Part shown: positions 29,811 through 40,804 of the stretch, one piece after another | Position numbering within the stretch: the first letter of the stretch is position 1 | Layout: the number at the start of each line of letters is the position of its first letter | Assembly (NCBI GenBank): GCA_029100545.1 | Contig: JAQXPH010000010.1 | Span: 1-61,601, forward strand | DNA length: 61,601 nt | Origin: a bacterium | GTDB lineage: Bacteria; Bacillota_I; Bacilli_A; RF39; UBA660 | Reading direction: 5' to 3' | Notes under the pieces: generated by a model | Seen by the model: the letters and a program-made list of their open reading frames with translations, nothing else | The model's database searches: none | What the model was told of the DNA's origin: nothing | Made by a program: the position numbers and the translations under genes

Positions 29811-30605
29811 CTAAACATAATATATAAATTTATCTTGTTTTTTCTTAAAGATAAATATGCCTAATAAAAATACAATAATTGCTGAAACAGCACAACCTGC
29901 AAACTGGCCTAAAGTTGGAGTATTATGATACAAAATAATAGTTCTTGCAAAATTAATAAATTGATATAATGGATTAAATTTTAAAACAAAAGCAAACGTT
30001 GGATTTAACATCTTTATATCATACATTATCGGAGTCAAATACGTCCAAACAGTAATAATAATTCCATAAATATAAAACATATCTCTTAAAAAAACTGATA
30101 TAGTTGATAAAATAAATCCCATTCCTACTGTAAATAAAAATAAACAAATAAATGAATAAGGTAAAAGTATATGTTGCCAACAAAGACCTGTTCCTGTAGC
30201 GATTATTACAACATAAAGTGGAATTAATGTTAATAAAAAGTTAATACCTACAAACAAACACTTTGATAGAGGAAAAATATATTTTGGAATATAAACCTTA
30301 TTAATTAAACTAAAATTACCTACTACACTACTCATTGCAAGATTACTAGCTTCACTAAAATAATTAAAATAAGTAAGTCCAATTAATAAATAAGCAAGAT
30401 AACTAACTCCTGGAGTTGAAAATTTAAACACATTTGAAAAAACTATTGCCATAACTGTCATCATTAAAACTGGATATAATAAACTCCATACAATACCTAA
30501 TACACTTCTTTTATATTTAACTTTAAAATCTCTTGAAACTAATTGTTCTAATAAAAAAGAATATTTTTTATAAACATATTTTAAATTATTAATTACTTTC
30601 TTCAT
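29811..30605 (-). CDS. wzm: Polysaccharide ABC exporter permease (Wzm)
   Basis: RDFKVKYKRSVLGIVWSLL, LINKVYIP, YLTPIMY, FNPL. Confidence 0.93.
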   Translation of the reverse strand: MKKVINNLKYVYKKYSFLLEQLVSRDFKVKYKRSVLGIVWSLLYPVLMMTVMAIVFSNVFKFSTPGVSYLAYLLIGLTYFNYFSEASNLAMSSVVGNFSLINKVYIPKYIFPLSKCLFVGINFLLTLIPLYVVIIATGTGLCWQHILLPYSFICLFLFTVGMGFILSTISVFLRDMFYIYGIIITVWTYLTPIMYDIKMLNPTFAFVLKFNPLYQFINFARTIILYHNTPTLGQFAGCAVSAIIVFLLGIFIFKKKQDKFIYYV

Positions 30606-30694
30606 TAAATCAAATCCTCTTAATAATTATACTAAAATAAATTAAATGTAGCAAGTTATATAAAAAAAAGAAATAAAAAAATATTAGTTACTTG

Positions 30695-32503
30695 CTAATA
30701 TTTTTCTATTATTCTTTTTATTTCATTATTTATATCACTTAAAAGTATATAATCATTAAAACCATCTTCTATATAATGTTTTTTAATATTTTCTTTATTA
30801 CTATCAAGCATTACAATAACTGGTATATTAAAATTATCTATTTCTTTCATTTTATTTAATGTAACAAGTCCAGACATTTCTGCCATTTCATCAGATATTA
30901 ATATATAATCATATTTCTTACCAAATTTTATTTTATCTACAGCATCTTGTCCATAATATAATACAGAGTATGTTATATTTTTTCTTGTTAAAGCACTTTT
31001 TAATTTAGTTATTAATTTTTTATCTTGAGAAACTATTAATACTTTTTTATAATCATTTATAATATTTTCATATTGAGAAAGGATACTACTATCTTTATCA
31101 TGATATACTCTTTGATCTATAACAAGTTGAAATTCAGTTCCTACTCCAATATCAGATTTAATCATTAAGTTACCACCCATAAGTTTAATAACTTTTTGGC
31201 ATAATTTAACATTATATTCTTTTTTTTGTAAATTTTCTAGCTCATTTTTATCTAAACTACCAGTAGAAGATAATATTTCATTTATTTTATCAATAGTCAT
31301 ACCAGGACCACTATCATTTATAGTAAATATTATTCTACATATATCATATTTTTCAATTAAATTTACTTTAAATTCTACAAATCCTTCATTAGTTTTTTCA
31401 ATTGAATTATTAAGTAGTGAATACAAAATATGTTTTAATTTCATATCATCACCATATAAAATTAAATCTTCTTTAGGATAAGTATATTTAAATTCAATAT
31501 TTTTTTTGTTTTCTAATTTTAATTTAGTTGTTAAATCACTACATAATTTAACAATATTATATTTTTTCTCAATAATATTTAGCTTTTGAGCATCAAGAGA
31601 TGATACATTCATAATATTATTAATTGAAAAATCAAGTTGCTGTGCCATATTATTTATAGCAACCATACCAGCTTTAATTTTATTAATATCTTTTTCATCT
31701 TTAATTTCTGCATACACAGTTTCTATATTTTTAAGAGGATTTCTACTTTCTTGAGTAATTTCAAATAAGAAATTATATTTATCTTCATAATTTTGTTCCA
31801 TAATTTCTTTATTCTTATATAATTCATTTAGCATTTTTATATCTGGATTTTCAATTGTAAAATACATTAAAAATGTTACAAAAGTTTCCATAGGTATCAT
31901 TAAAGTTAGTTCTGGATTAAAGTATTGAACAATCATTGTTATTAAACCTAAAGCTATAAATGAAAATACTGGTGTATATTTTTTGGATTTAATATATTTA
32001 TAATTTCTAATAAGTAGATATATCCAAAATAATATTAATGCTCCACTTAATAAATAAACTAGATTTGCACTTGGACCATAAGTATAATTAACTCCTTTTA
32101 TATATAGTGGTAATATTGTTACTAAAAAAATACTAACTATCATAATTAGAATAGTAATTTTATGCATTAACTTAGTTTTCTTTAAATATTCATCATTATT
32201 ATTAAGCCTATCTTTCATACAAATAGTAAATATGTAATATGTAAATTCTAATAACCAAATAATAAAATAATATAATATAAATTTAAGAATAAATACCGCA
32301 ATACTAGGGTTAATTTCTTTTAACATTCTTATTGCTAATGTAGCAGGAAATATTTCAATAATTAAACCAAAAAAGTTAATAATTATTAATTTTTTATAGA
32401 TATTATTTTCATCAGTAACTAATCTTTTTTTAGTAAAATAAATTATTAAAAGCATTATACTATAAAATAAACTAACTATAGAAAAAAATATATTATCTGA
32501 CAT
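30695..32503 (-). CDS. Membrane hybrid sensor kinase/receiver protein with degenerate phosphotransfer residues
   Basis: About 7 TM helices, YFTIENPD, HisKA-like FLFEITQESRNPL, HATPase (INDSGPGM, LMGG, GVGTEF), C-terminal receiver fold. Confidence 0.8.
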   Translation of the reverse strand: MSDNIFFSIVSLFYSIMLLIIYFTKKRLVTDENNIYKKLIIINFFGLIIEIFPATLAIRMLKEINPSIAVFILKFILYYFIIWLLEFTYYIFTICMKDRLNNNDEYLKKTKLMHKITILIMIVSIFLVTILPLYIKGVNYTYGPSANLVYLLSGALILFWIYLLIRNYKYIKSKKYTPVFSFIALGLITMIVQYFNPELTLMIPMETFVTFLMYFTIENPDIKMLNELYKNKEIMEQNYEDKYNFLFEITQESRNPLKNIETVYAEIKDEKDINKIKAGMVAINNMAQQLDFSINNIMNVSSLDAQKLNIIEKKYNIVKLCSDLTTKLKLENKKNIEFKYTYPKEDLILYGDDMKLKHILYSLLNNSIEKTNEGFVEFKVNLIEKYDICRIIFTINDSGPGMTIDKINEILSSTGSLDKNELENLQKKEYNVKLCQKVIKLMGGNLMIKSDIGVGTEFQLVIDQRVYHDKDSSILSQYENIINDYKKVLIVSQDKKLITKLKSALTRKNITYSVLYYGQDAVDKIKFGKKYDYILISDEMAEMSGLVTLNKMKEIDNFNIPVIVMLDSNKENIKKHYIEDGFNDYILLSDINNEIKRIIEKY

Positions 32504-32588
32504 ACTACCACCTATTATTAATATATCATTAATTTTAAAAGATGTAAATTAATAAAAAAATTAATGATCTATTTCAATCATTAATTTA

Positions 32589-34394
32589 TTATTTTTTTAA
32601 TACTCTTACAGTACCTTTTTCATAACTAATTGGTTCATTTTCAATAGTACTAGTAAACATTTCTAATGCATGATAATCTACTTTTCCAAGTGGTGTACGA
32701 GGAAGTGATGAAGGATAAATTACAACATAATTTGGTCTTTCATATTCTTCTAAAGAATTATTAATATAATCTAATAAAAGATTAGTACATTCTTCATTAG
32801 TTTTACCACATAAATCATCAAATGTTGCATATAATACAACTTTATCTTGATTATGATTAATTTTACATAATTTAATGAAATCAAGTTTTTTTATTTTTTC
32901 AGCAAGAAGAATTAAATTTACTTCATGACTATTTATTTCAATAGGTTTTTGATCTCTATCAAGAACAAATAAACTACCTGTATCATGTACAAAACCAAAG
33001 TCTTTTGTATCATACCATCTTACACCATTTTTATCAGTATAAATAACTTCATCAGTTAATTTTTTATTATTATAATATCCATTCATCATCGCTGGTCCAG
33101 TAATAAAGATTCTACCTGGTTTATTATAAGTTAAATCATTAAAACTACTATCTTTAATCATAACATTATTAAATGGAAGTGGAAGTCCTGAAGAACCAAC
33201 CATATTACAATTTGGATGAGCAACTGTAAAACACGAATCCATTTCACTTGCTCCAAAACCTGCTTCTTGAGTAAGACCAGTAACTTCTTTAAAACGATTT
33301 ACTTGATTTATATCTGGTCTTTCACCACCAATAACAACTTTTTTTAAATTTTTTGTCATTTTTTCTATTTTTTCAGGGTCGTTATATAAAACTGAATCCC
33401 ATAAATATTGACTCCATATACCATAATTAGGTTGATGTTTTTCTAAATATTTTGGTACACTTTCATAAGATAAATCCATTTCAATAATATTTTCAACACC
33501 AAGACTCATAGCCATACCAATAATATCTGCATCCCAGAAAGCTAAAAATGGTGGAACTAGTGCTAAGTTAGTTTGACCTCTTTTTAGGCCAAGCTCAGCA
33601 ATATCATGCTGTTTTGCAAGAGCATTATTAGCATCATGAGAAAGTAATATTGCTTTACTTTCGCCAGTTGTACCACTTGTTAAAGATATGTTTGAAGGTA
33701 AGCCCTTTTCATATACACTTTCAAGTTCTCTACGATAAAATGCTCCATAAGATAAAAAGTCATTATACTCTATTGCATTATCAACCATTATGTTTTTCAT
33801 TTTATTATTTAATTTAAATAACGCTATTTTAAATCTTTCAATATTTAATGCTGGTGTTGAATTTGTTACAGGTAAACGAAGTTTCTTAACATTTTTAAAT
33901 TCATTTTCATTTAAAACTTCAGAAATATTTGGTTCTAGTATATCTAAAAACATAATTAATCTTGGATTTAATAGTTTTAAATGTGAATATAATTTATTTT
34001 TATCTTCAAGAAAACTTAAATGCGAAGTAATTGCTCCAACATAAGCGCAAGCATATTTAAATGCAATAAGTTCAGGTGTTGATAAAGATATAGAAACTAC
34101 AATATCACCTTTTCCAATACCCATAGCCTTTAAAGATTTAATAATATTATTTCGCATTTCAATAAATTCTTTATTAGTAATTCTTTTAAGACCACGATTG
34201 TTAATTATATAATCATTTGGATAGTCTTTATTACATAACTCCTCATAATCCGCTTGATTCATTTTAGGCAAACTTTCCTTCATTTTTTCAGGATTATACC
34301 ATTGTTCCCATATTCTATCTTCCTGAATTACACCAGTTATTGGTCTATTTAATTCAAATTTTTTATCATTATTGATAATATCGTTTTTACTCAT
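32589..34394 (-). CDS. AMP-binding (ANL) acyl-CoA synthetase-like enzyme
   Basis: LTSGTTGESK, GFGASE, GPAMMNGYY, YDTKDFG, LPRTPLGKVD. Confidence 0.85.
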   Translation of the reverse strand: MSKNDIINNDKKFELNRPITGVIQEDRIWEQWYNPEKMKESLPKMNQADYEELCNKDYPNDYIINNRGLKRITNKEFIEMRNNIIKSLKAMGIGKGDIVVSISLSTPELIAFKYACAYVGAITSHLSFLEDKNKLYSHLKLLNPRLIMFLDILEPNISEVLNENEFKNVKKLRLPVTNSTPALNIERFKIALFKLNNKMKNIMVDNAIEYNDFLSYGAFYRRELESVYEKGLPSNISLTSGTTGESKAILLSHDANNALAKQHDIAELGLKRGQTNLALVPPFLAFWDADIIGMAMSLGVENIIEMDLSYESVPKYLEKHQPNYGIWSQYLWDSVLYNDPEKIEKMTKNLKKVVIGGERPDINQVNRFKEVTGLTQEAGFGASEMDSCFTVAHPNCNMVGSSGLPLPFNNVMIKDSSFNDLTYNKPGRIFITGPAMMNGYYNNKKLTDEVIYTDKNGVRWYDTKDFGFVHDTGSLFVLDRDQKPIEINSHEVNLILLAEKIKKLDFIKLCKINHNQDKVVLYATFDDLCGKTNEECTNLLLDYINNSLEEYERPNYVVIYPSSLPRTPLGKVDYHALEMFTSTIENEPISYEKGTVRVLKK

Positions 34395-34465
34395 TTCCTA
34401 AAATTCCCTTTCAATAAGCACATATATTTTACCATAAAATGTTAAAAAGTAAAGTTATAATTCTT

Positions 34466-35935
34466 TTATTCTTTTAAACATAAAACATACGAAGATAATA
34501 CACTAAAAACTATAATCATTGACATTGAATTTAAAATATTTCCAGTTAAATAAGAACAAAATATAAAAATTACAATTAAAAGTATATTAATAAAATTATT
34601 AAAATTAAATTCCTTAAACAATTTAAATAACGTATACAATAGTATTAAAGGATAAACAATTAATAAAATAATCATTCCAATTATACCAAAAGCATAATAT
34701 TGAACTAAAAAATCTTGTTCTAAATTAACTACATTTTGTACTCTAGTATTAGATATACCGAATAAAATATCATATTTATTATTATTTATTTTGATTATTC
34801 TTTTAATAATAGATTTTTCCATATAGCGATAATTAATTTTACTTTCTTCAGTATTATTTATAAAATTAATCCAAAAATCTGGATCATATTCATATGAATA
34901 ATAAACTTTATAAAAAAAATCAGGTATTAAATTAGGATTAGCATTTAATTCAATATATTCTTGCTTAGTTAAATTATTATTTATATTATTATCATCTATA
35001 TTAAATTCATTTAAATAACTTTCTTCATTATTTTGATAATAATTTAATTCAATATTTCTATTTTGATAAGGACTTATTGGTAAAATAGCTATCCACATAA
35101 TAATTATAAAAATTAATAATAAACTTTTTTTATTAAACTTTTCTTTTTTAATTATTACAAAAAATATATAACTTATTAAAATAAAAATAAATACTAAAAG
35201 ACCACCCAAAGAAGAAACTCTAGTTCCAAGCATTAACATAGAAATAGAAATCAAAAAAATATAAATTATTGCTTTAATATTATCTTTTATAAAAATATAA
35301 GAAAAAATAATTAATAATATTATTAAAGTTAAAGCAACTTGATTTGCATATACAAAATATCCTTTACTTGCACTATTAACATAATAAATATTTTTATTCC
35401 ATTCAAATATATTATATTTAATTAAAAATTCTCCATAACTTGAATAAGATATTTTAAAAATATTTGTAATTATAATAGATAAAGTAATAATTAATGTCCA
35501 AATTTTAAAAATTAATATATAATCTTTTTTATTAAGTTTTTGATAATATAAAGAAAATATTAAAGTTACTAGCATAATTAATTTTAAAATAGTAAATAAT
35601 TCACTAACAAAATTATAATTAAAATTATTAGGAAATAAAGATACAAAATTTTGATTGTGATAGTAATTTATTATTAAATAAATTGTACATATAAAATAAT
35701 AAAGTATTAACCATTTAACTTTTTTTCTTGAATCTTGATATAAAAATATTGTTGTAATAAGTATTATTAAAATAATTAATATTCTTATTAAAGTAGTTAT
35801 TCTACTATGAAAAAAAATGCAATCAAAAATTGGACTAGTACTTAGAAAAATAATAGTCACTATTTTTAAAATTTTTTCATATATACTATTTTTTTGATTT
35901 TCTCTTTTTTTCATATAATATATCCGTATTTGCAA
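34466..35935 (-). CDS. O-antigen ligase/polymerase-like membrane protein
   Basis: Multiple TM helices; KGYFVYANQV, MLGTRVS, NLEQDF..FGIIG. Confidence 0.7.
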   Translation of the reverse strand: MQIRIYYMKKRENQKNSIYEKILKIVTIIFLSTSPIFDCIFFHSRITTLIRILIILIILITTIFLYQDSRKKVKWLILYYFICTIYLIINYYHNQNFVSLFPNNFNYNFVSELFTILKLIMLVTLIFSLYYQKLNKKDYILIFKIWTLIITLSIIITNIFKISYSSYGEFLIKYNIFEWNKNIYYVNSASKGYFVYANQVALTLIILLIIFSYIFIKDNIKAIIYIFLISISMLMLGTRVSSLGGLLVFIFILISYIFFVIIKKEKFNKKSLLLIFIIIMWIAILPISPYQNRNIELNYYQNNEESYLNEFNIDDNNINNNLTKQEYIELNANPNLIPDFFYKVYYSYEYDPDFWINFINNTEESKINYRYMEKSIIKRIIKINNNKYDILFGISNTRVQNVVNLEQDFLVQYYAFGIIGMIILLIVYPLILLYTLFKLFKEFNFNNFINILLIVIFIFCSYLTGNILNSMSMIIVFSVLSSYVLCLKE

Positions 35936-36938
35936 CTATATATAATAGAAGTGTCATTAAAATTAAATAAACTATTATAGCTATTTGATTATCTCCAAGT
36001 ACATAGAAAATTGATACTGCAGAAAATAAAACATCTATTCCATATATTATTAATATTGTAACTTTTGGAGAAAATTTCATTTTTAAAAGTTGATGATGTA
36101 AATGATTTTTATCAGGTTCTCCAATACTTTTATGATGAATAAGTCTTCGAAGTATTGCAAATAATGTATCAAAAATTGGCACTGCTAAAATAACTATTGG
36201 AATAACTAAAGATGTAAATGTGGCACCTTTAAACCCTAATAAAGAAATTACTGCAATCATAAAACCTAAAAATGTTGAACCACAATCTCCCATAAACACT
36301 TTTGCCGGAGGAAAATTATGTGTTAAAAAGCCAAGAGTTGAGCCAAGCATAATAATACACAAAATTATATCAAGGCCATCCATTTTATTTAAAATAAGAG
36401 CAATTATGGCAATAGTAATAAAATATATTGAACTTATACCAGCACAAAGACCATCTAGCCCATCAATTAAATTAATAGCATTAATTGCTCCCACTATAAA
36501 AAATATTGCAATTATTTGGTTAATCCATGTAGGTAAAAATAATTTTAAACCTAAAATGGATATTTCACTAAAATATAATTTACCATAAAAAACTACAATT
36601 GATGCAACAATAATATGAATAAGTATTTTAGTTTTAGAGCTTATAGGCTTAATATCATCAAATACACCCAATAAGACTAATATAAATGAAGATATTAATA
36701 TTGATATCATTTGAGTAGTAACGCTTCCATACATAATATAACCAAATAAAAAAGCACTATAAATTGCAAGACCACCAAGCCTTGGCATTGGTTTTTTATG
36801 AACTTTTCTTGCATTTGGCATATCTAATGCATTTACATGAACTGCAAGTTTTTTTGTTACAAAAACCAAAACAAAACTTACAAGATAAGTTATTATTAAT
36901 ATTTCTAGTATATTATAGTTATTGACTACTAAATTCAT
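35886..36938 (-). CDS. tagO: Undecaprenyl-phosphate GlcNAc-1-phosphate transferase (TagO/WecA)
   Basis: DMPNARKVH..PRLGG, GVFDD, NAINLIDGLDGL, NFPPAKVFMGDCG, DKNHLHH. Confidence 0.93.
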   Translation of the reverse strand: MNLVVNNYNILEILIITYLVSFVLVFVTKKLAVHVNALDMPNARKVHKKPMPRLGGLAIYSAFLFGYIMYGSVTTQMISILISSFILVLLGVFDDIKPISSKTKILIHIIVASIVVFYGKLYFSEISILGLKLFLPTWINQIIAIFFIVGAINAINLIDGLDGLCAGISSIYFITIAIIALILNKMDGLDIILCIIMLGSTLGFLTHNFPPAKVFMGDCGSTFLGFMIAVISLLGFKGATFTSLVIPIVILAVPIFDTLFAILRRLIHHKSIGEPDKNHLHHQLLKMKFSPKVTILIIYGIDVLFSAVSIFYVLGDNQIAIIVYLILMTLLLYIVANTDILYEKKRKSKK

Positions 36939-37011
36939 ATTAACACCTAAAATAATTTTACAAGATTTATTAATAAAAGTCTATATTTTAAGTTTTTTTT
37001 TTAAACATATT

Positions 37012-37437
37012 TTATCTTTTAAAAAGTCTACGAGTATATTCTTCTTTAATAAGAGGAGCATTTACATTTTTTTTACTATGAAGACTAGAATACTCTCTTT
37101 CAAAACCATCAAGACAATCTGAAATTTTTACTAAACATTCATATATTAACTCATTCCTTTGATTTTCAGTAATCATTTGAGTAGTAATATAATTAAATCT
37201 ATCTCTATCGATTCTTTCAACAATATGTAAATAATCATGTGATGTTTTTTGAACTAAAATAGCTCCATTCCAAAACAAATAGCCATTTCCTATACCTACA
37301 GCTTCACAATCTTTTCTAGGGACAATCAAATGATGAAAACTTAATTGCTTAATATTTTTAAAATCATAACCCATAAAATCATAACCAAGTTCTTTTAAAT
37401 TATAAATTTGGATCATAGCTTTAGTTACATCTTTCAT
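37012..37437 (-). CDS. Hypothetical protein with HNH-like His pattern
   Basis: LSFHHLIVPR..WNGAIL..SHDYLH. Confidence 0.5.
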   Translation of the reverse strand: MKDVTKAMIQIYNLKELGYDFMGYDFKNIKQLSFHHLIVPRKDCEAVGIGNGYLFWNGAILVQKTSHDYLHIVERIDRDRFNYITTQMITENQRNELIYECLVKISDCLDGFEREYSSLHSKKNVNAPLIKEEYTRRLFKR

Positions 37438-37570
37438 AAATTACCCCACATAACACACAACTTACTATTATTTTATCACAAAACAAATTTATTTAGAATA
37501 AAAAACACATTATATGTTGATTATTTTTTTAAAATAGTGCTATAATACCAAAGGAAAAACGGGTGAAATT

Positions 37571-39379
37571 ATGGAAAAAAGAAATATTGCAATAATAGCA
37601 CATGTAGACCATGGTAAAACAACTTTAGTAGATGAAATAATTAAATATACTGGAACATTTAGAGAAAATGAAGATATCTCTAATTTAAGTATGGATACAA
37701 ATGCTATTGAAAAAGAAAGAGGAATTACAATACTTGCAAAAACTACATCAGTAAATTATGATGGTTACAAAATAAATATTCTTGATACACCAGGACATGC
37801 TGATTTTGGTGGTGAAGTTGAAAGAATAATGAAAATGGTTGATGGCGTTCTTTTAGTTGTAGATGCTTATGAAGGTCCTATGCCTCAAACAAGATTTGTT
37901 TTAAAAAAAGCTTTAGAATCAGGATGCAAACCAATTGTTGTAATTAATAAAGTTGATAAACCAACTCAAAGAGTTGAATCTGTTGTTGATGAAGTTTTAG
38001 AATTATTCTTAGAACTAGGTGCTACAGATGAACAAATTGATTTTAAGGTAGTTTATACTTCTGCCGCTAATGGAACTAGTTCACTATCTAATAAACCTGA
38101 AGATCAAGAAAAAGGCTTTAAATGTTTACTTGATTTAATAATATCAGAAATACCTGAACCTATAGGTGATGAAAATAAACCACTTCAATTTCAACCTGCA
38201 CTACTTGATTATAATGATTATGTTGGAAGAATTGGTGTTGGTAAAGTGTTTAATGGAAATATTAAAGTTGGACAAATGGTTAATTGTTTAAGACTTGATG
38301 GAACAGAAAAATCATTTAGAGTACAAAAATTATTTGGTTATGTAGGACTTAAACGAGTAGAAATTGAAAGTGCTACAGTTGGTGATATTGTTGCTGTTGC
38401 AGGCCTTGAAGACATTTGTGTTGGGGAAACTTTAACTGAAGTTAATCATCATGAAGCCTTACCTATTTTACATATTGATGAACCTACCCTTCAAATGACT
38501 TTTGGAGTTAATACTTCTCCTTTTTCTGGAAAAGATGGTAAAATCTTAACATCAAGAAAAATTGGTGAAAGACTATTTAAAGAAACTCAAAAAGATGTAA
38601 GTCTTAAAGTTGAACAAATAGACAGTGAAAACTTTATGGTTTTAGGTCGTGGTGAACTTCATTTATCTATTTTAATTGAAAATATGCGTCGTGAAGGTTT
38701 TGAACTTGAAGTATCTAAACCAAAAGTTATTATTAAAGAAATTGATGGTGTAAAATGTGAACCTTATGAAGACTTACAAATAGAAATTACAGATGAATAT
38801 ATGGGTGGTGTAATCGAAGAATTATCTCAAAGAGGAGCAATTATGGGTAATATGACTCATTTAGGTAATTTAATTCGAATAAACTATGAAATTCCTTCAA
38901 GAGGGCTTATTGGTTTTCCAACAAATTTTATGACTCTTACTAAAGGTTATGGTATAATGAATCATACTTTTAAAGAATTTAAAAAAGTAGAAAACATTAA
39001 TATTGGTGAAAGAAAATTAGGTGTTCTTGTGGCAAGTGAAAATGGTAAAGCTACAGCTTACTCTCTTGGTGCTCTTGAAGACCGTGGTGTAATGTTTATT
39101 GAGCCTAATGAAGAAGTTTATGAAGGTATGATTGTCGGAGAGTGCAATAAAGATAATGATCTTGCTGTTAATGTTGTAAAAGGTAAAGAACTTACTAATA
39201 CAAGAAGTGCATATTCTGATAAAACTGTTGTTTTAAAAAGGCCAAGACCATTTACTTTGGAATCTGCTTTAGACTTTATAAATCAAGATGAACTTGTAGA
39301 AATAACTCCAAATCATATAAGAATGAGAAAGAAAATTCTAAATACTGAACTTAGGAAAAAATTTGATGCTAGAAAATAG
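37571..39379 (+). CDS. typA: Translational GTPase TypA/BipA
   Basis: [52 protein letters not shown]. Confidence 0.98.
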   Translation: MEKRNIAIIAHVDHGKTTLVDEIIKYTGTFRENEDISNLSMDTNAIEKERGITILAKTTSVNYDGYKINILDTPGHADFGGEVERIMKMVDGVLLVVDAYEGPMPQTRFVLKKALESGCKPIVVINKVDKPTQRVESVVDEVLELFLELGATDEQIDFKVVYTSAANGTSSLSNKPEDQEKGFKCLLDLIISEIPEPIGDENKPLQFQPALLDYNDYVGRIGVGKVFNGNIKVGQMVNCLRLDGTEKSFRVQKLFGYVGLKRVEIESATVGDIVAVAGLEDICVGETLTEVNHHEALPILHIDEPTLQMTFGVNTSPFSGKDGKILTSRKIGERLFKETQKDVSLKVEQIDSENFMVLGRGELHLSILIENMRREGFELEVSKPKVIIKEIDGVKCEPYEDLQIEITDEYMGGVIEELSQRGAIMGNMTHLGNLIRINYEIPSRGLIGFPTNFMTLTKGYGIMNHTFKEFKKVENINIGERKLGVLVASENGKATAYSLGALEDRGVMFIEPNEEVYEGMIVGECNKDNDLAVNVVKGKELTNTRSAYSDKTVVLKRPRPFTLESALDFINQDELVEITPNHIRMRKKILNTELRKKFDARK

Positions 39380-39433
39380 CATCTTTTTAATGCAAAAAAA
39401 AAGAAAGTTTTATAAACTTACTTTAAATTTTAA

Positions 39434-39510
39434 TGGTAACCCGTAGGGGTTTCGAACCCCTGAATGCCACCTTGAGAAAGTGGTGTGTTAAACCCCTTCA
39501 CCAACGGGCT
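39434..39510 (-). tRNA. tRNA-Glu (anticodon CTC)
   Basis: AGCCCGT/ACGGGTT acceptor stem with encoded CCA; anticodon arm CCACT-TTCTCAA-GGTGG; T arm AGGGG-TTCGAAA-CCCCT. Confidence 0.93.
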
Positions 39511-39539
39511 AAGCCATTAATAAAATATCATATTTTTTC

Positions 39540-40742
39540 TTAATTGTCCATAGAATAATTATCAAAATATCCAGAAATATAAACTACAGGTGTTCCTTTA
39601 TCACCAGAACCTGAAGTTAAATCACAAAGTGAACCAATTAAATCAGTATACCTTCTTGGCGTTGTTCCTTGAGATGCAATAGTTCCTTTTAAATTAGCAT
39701 CTTTTTGTTTAATTTCATTTTTTATTGCTTCATTTAACTCATCACCTGAAAGGTCTGCAAATTTATTATCCGAAATATATTTTAATTTTATTTCATTTGG
39801 ACTACCCTCAAGACCTTTTGTATAAAATGGTGAAACAACTGGATCAGCAAGTTCCCAAATACCTCCAACAGGATCTTTAAATGCACCATCACCATAAATC
39901 ATTACTTCAATATCTTTTCCCGTTTTCTCTTTTAATTTTTTTTGAATATTATCCACTAACATTTGAGCATTACGTGGAAATAATTTAACTTTCTCTTCAG
40001 TAGATCTATTTGAACCAAGTAAACCATATTTTTCATTATATCCACTTCCATTAACAGGTTCAGTTAAAATATCATCAAGGCCTAAAATTATTCCATCACT
40101 ATTTTCTTTTAATGTTTTTTTCGTATCAAATCTAGTATGAATATCACAAACCAAAACATCTTTTTCATAATTAAGTATTTTTTTAGGATCATTTGCAAGT
40201 ATTATTTCAATTTCACAGCCCTCTTTTTTAGCTAAATCTTTGTAAAAATCCACCATATTTACACCAGTAAATAAATGTTTAAAGTCACCAAACTTTTCAT
40301 AATAAGTTTTTTCATCAATAATATCAGTATATGGATTTATACCACTTTCTTTTAATTTTTGCTTATCCATTATGTCATTACCTACTTCATCTGATGGATA
40401 TGATATTTGAAGTGTTATTTTATCCATTGCTCTTGCTACTGCTGATAAAAGTACAGCAAATCTATTTCTTGATAAAATTGGAAAAACTAAACCAATATGA
40501 TTTGTTTTAAATTTATTTTTAATATCTAATGCAATTTCATCAACTGTAACATAATTGCCCATACTTATTCCTACTACAGCTTCAGTTATAGCTACAATAT
40601 CTTTATTATGAAATGTAAAGTTTTCACTTTCACTTGCTTTTAAAAGACTATCAACAACAATATTCTCTAAATTGGAATTTTCCTTAATTATAGGAGTTCT
40701 AATCCCTCTTACAACTGTTCCTACATATCTCATTTCTATCAC
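39540..40742 (-). CDS. Coenzyme F420-0:gamma-glutamyl ligase (CofE-like) family protein
   Basis: VRGIRTPII, DIVAITE, YGDGAFKDP..IWELADP, GTTPR..DL..GSGDKGTPVV. Confidence 0.8.
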   Translation of the reverse strand: MIEMRYVGTVVRGIRTPIIKENSNLENIVVDSLLKASESENFTFHNKDIVAITEAVVGISMGNYVTVDEIALDIKNKFKTNHIGLVFPILSRNRFAVLLSAVARAMDKITLQISYPSDEVGNDIMDKQKLKESGINPYTDIIDEKTYYEKFGDFKHLFTGVNMVDFYKDLAKKEGCEIEIILANDPKKILNYEKDVLVCDIHTRFDTKKTLKENSDGIILGLDDILTEPVNGSGYNEKYGLLGSNRSTEEKVKLFPRNAQMLVDNIQKKLKEKTGKDIEVMIYGDGAFKDPVGGIWELADPVVSPFYTKGLEGSPNEIKLKYISDNKFADLSGDELNEAIKNEIKQKDANLKGTIASQGTTPRRYTDLIGSLCDLTSGSGDKGTPVVYISGYFDNYSMDN

Positions 40743-40804
40743 CCTATAATAATTATATTATATAAAAAAAGTTTATACAAATTATTTGCATAAACTTTAC
40801 ACTT

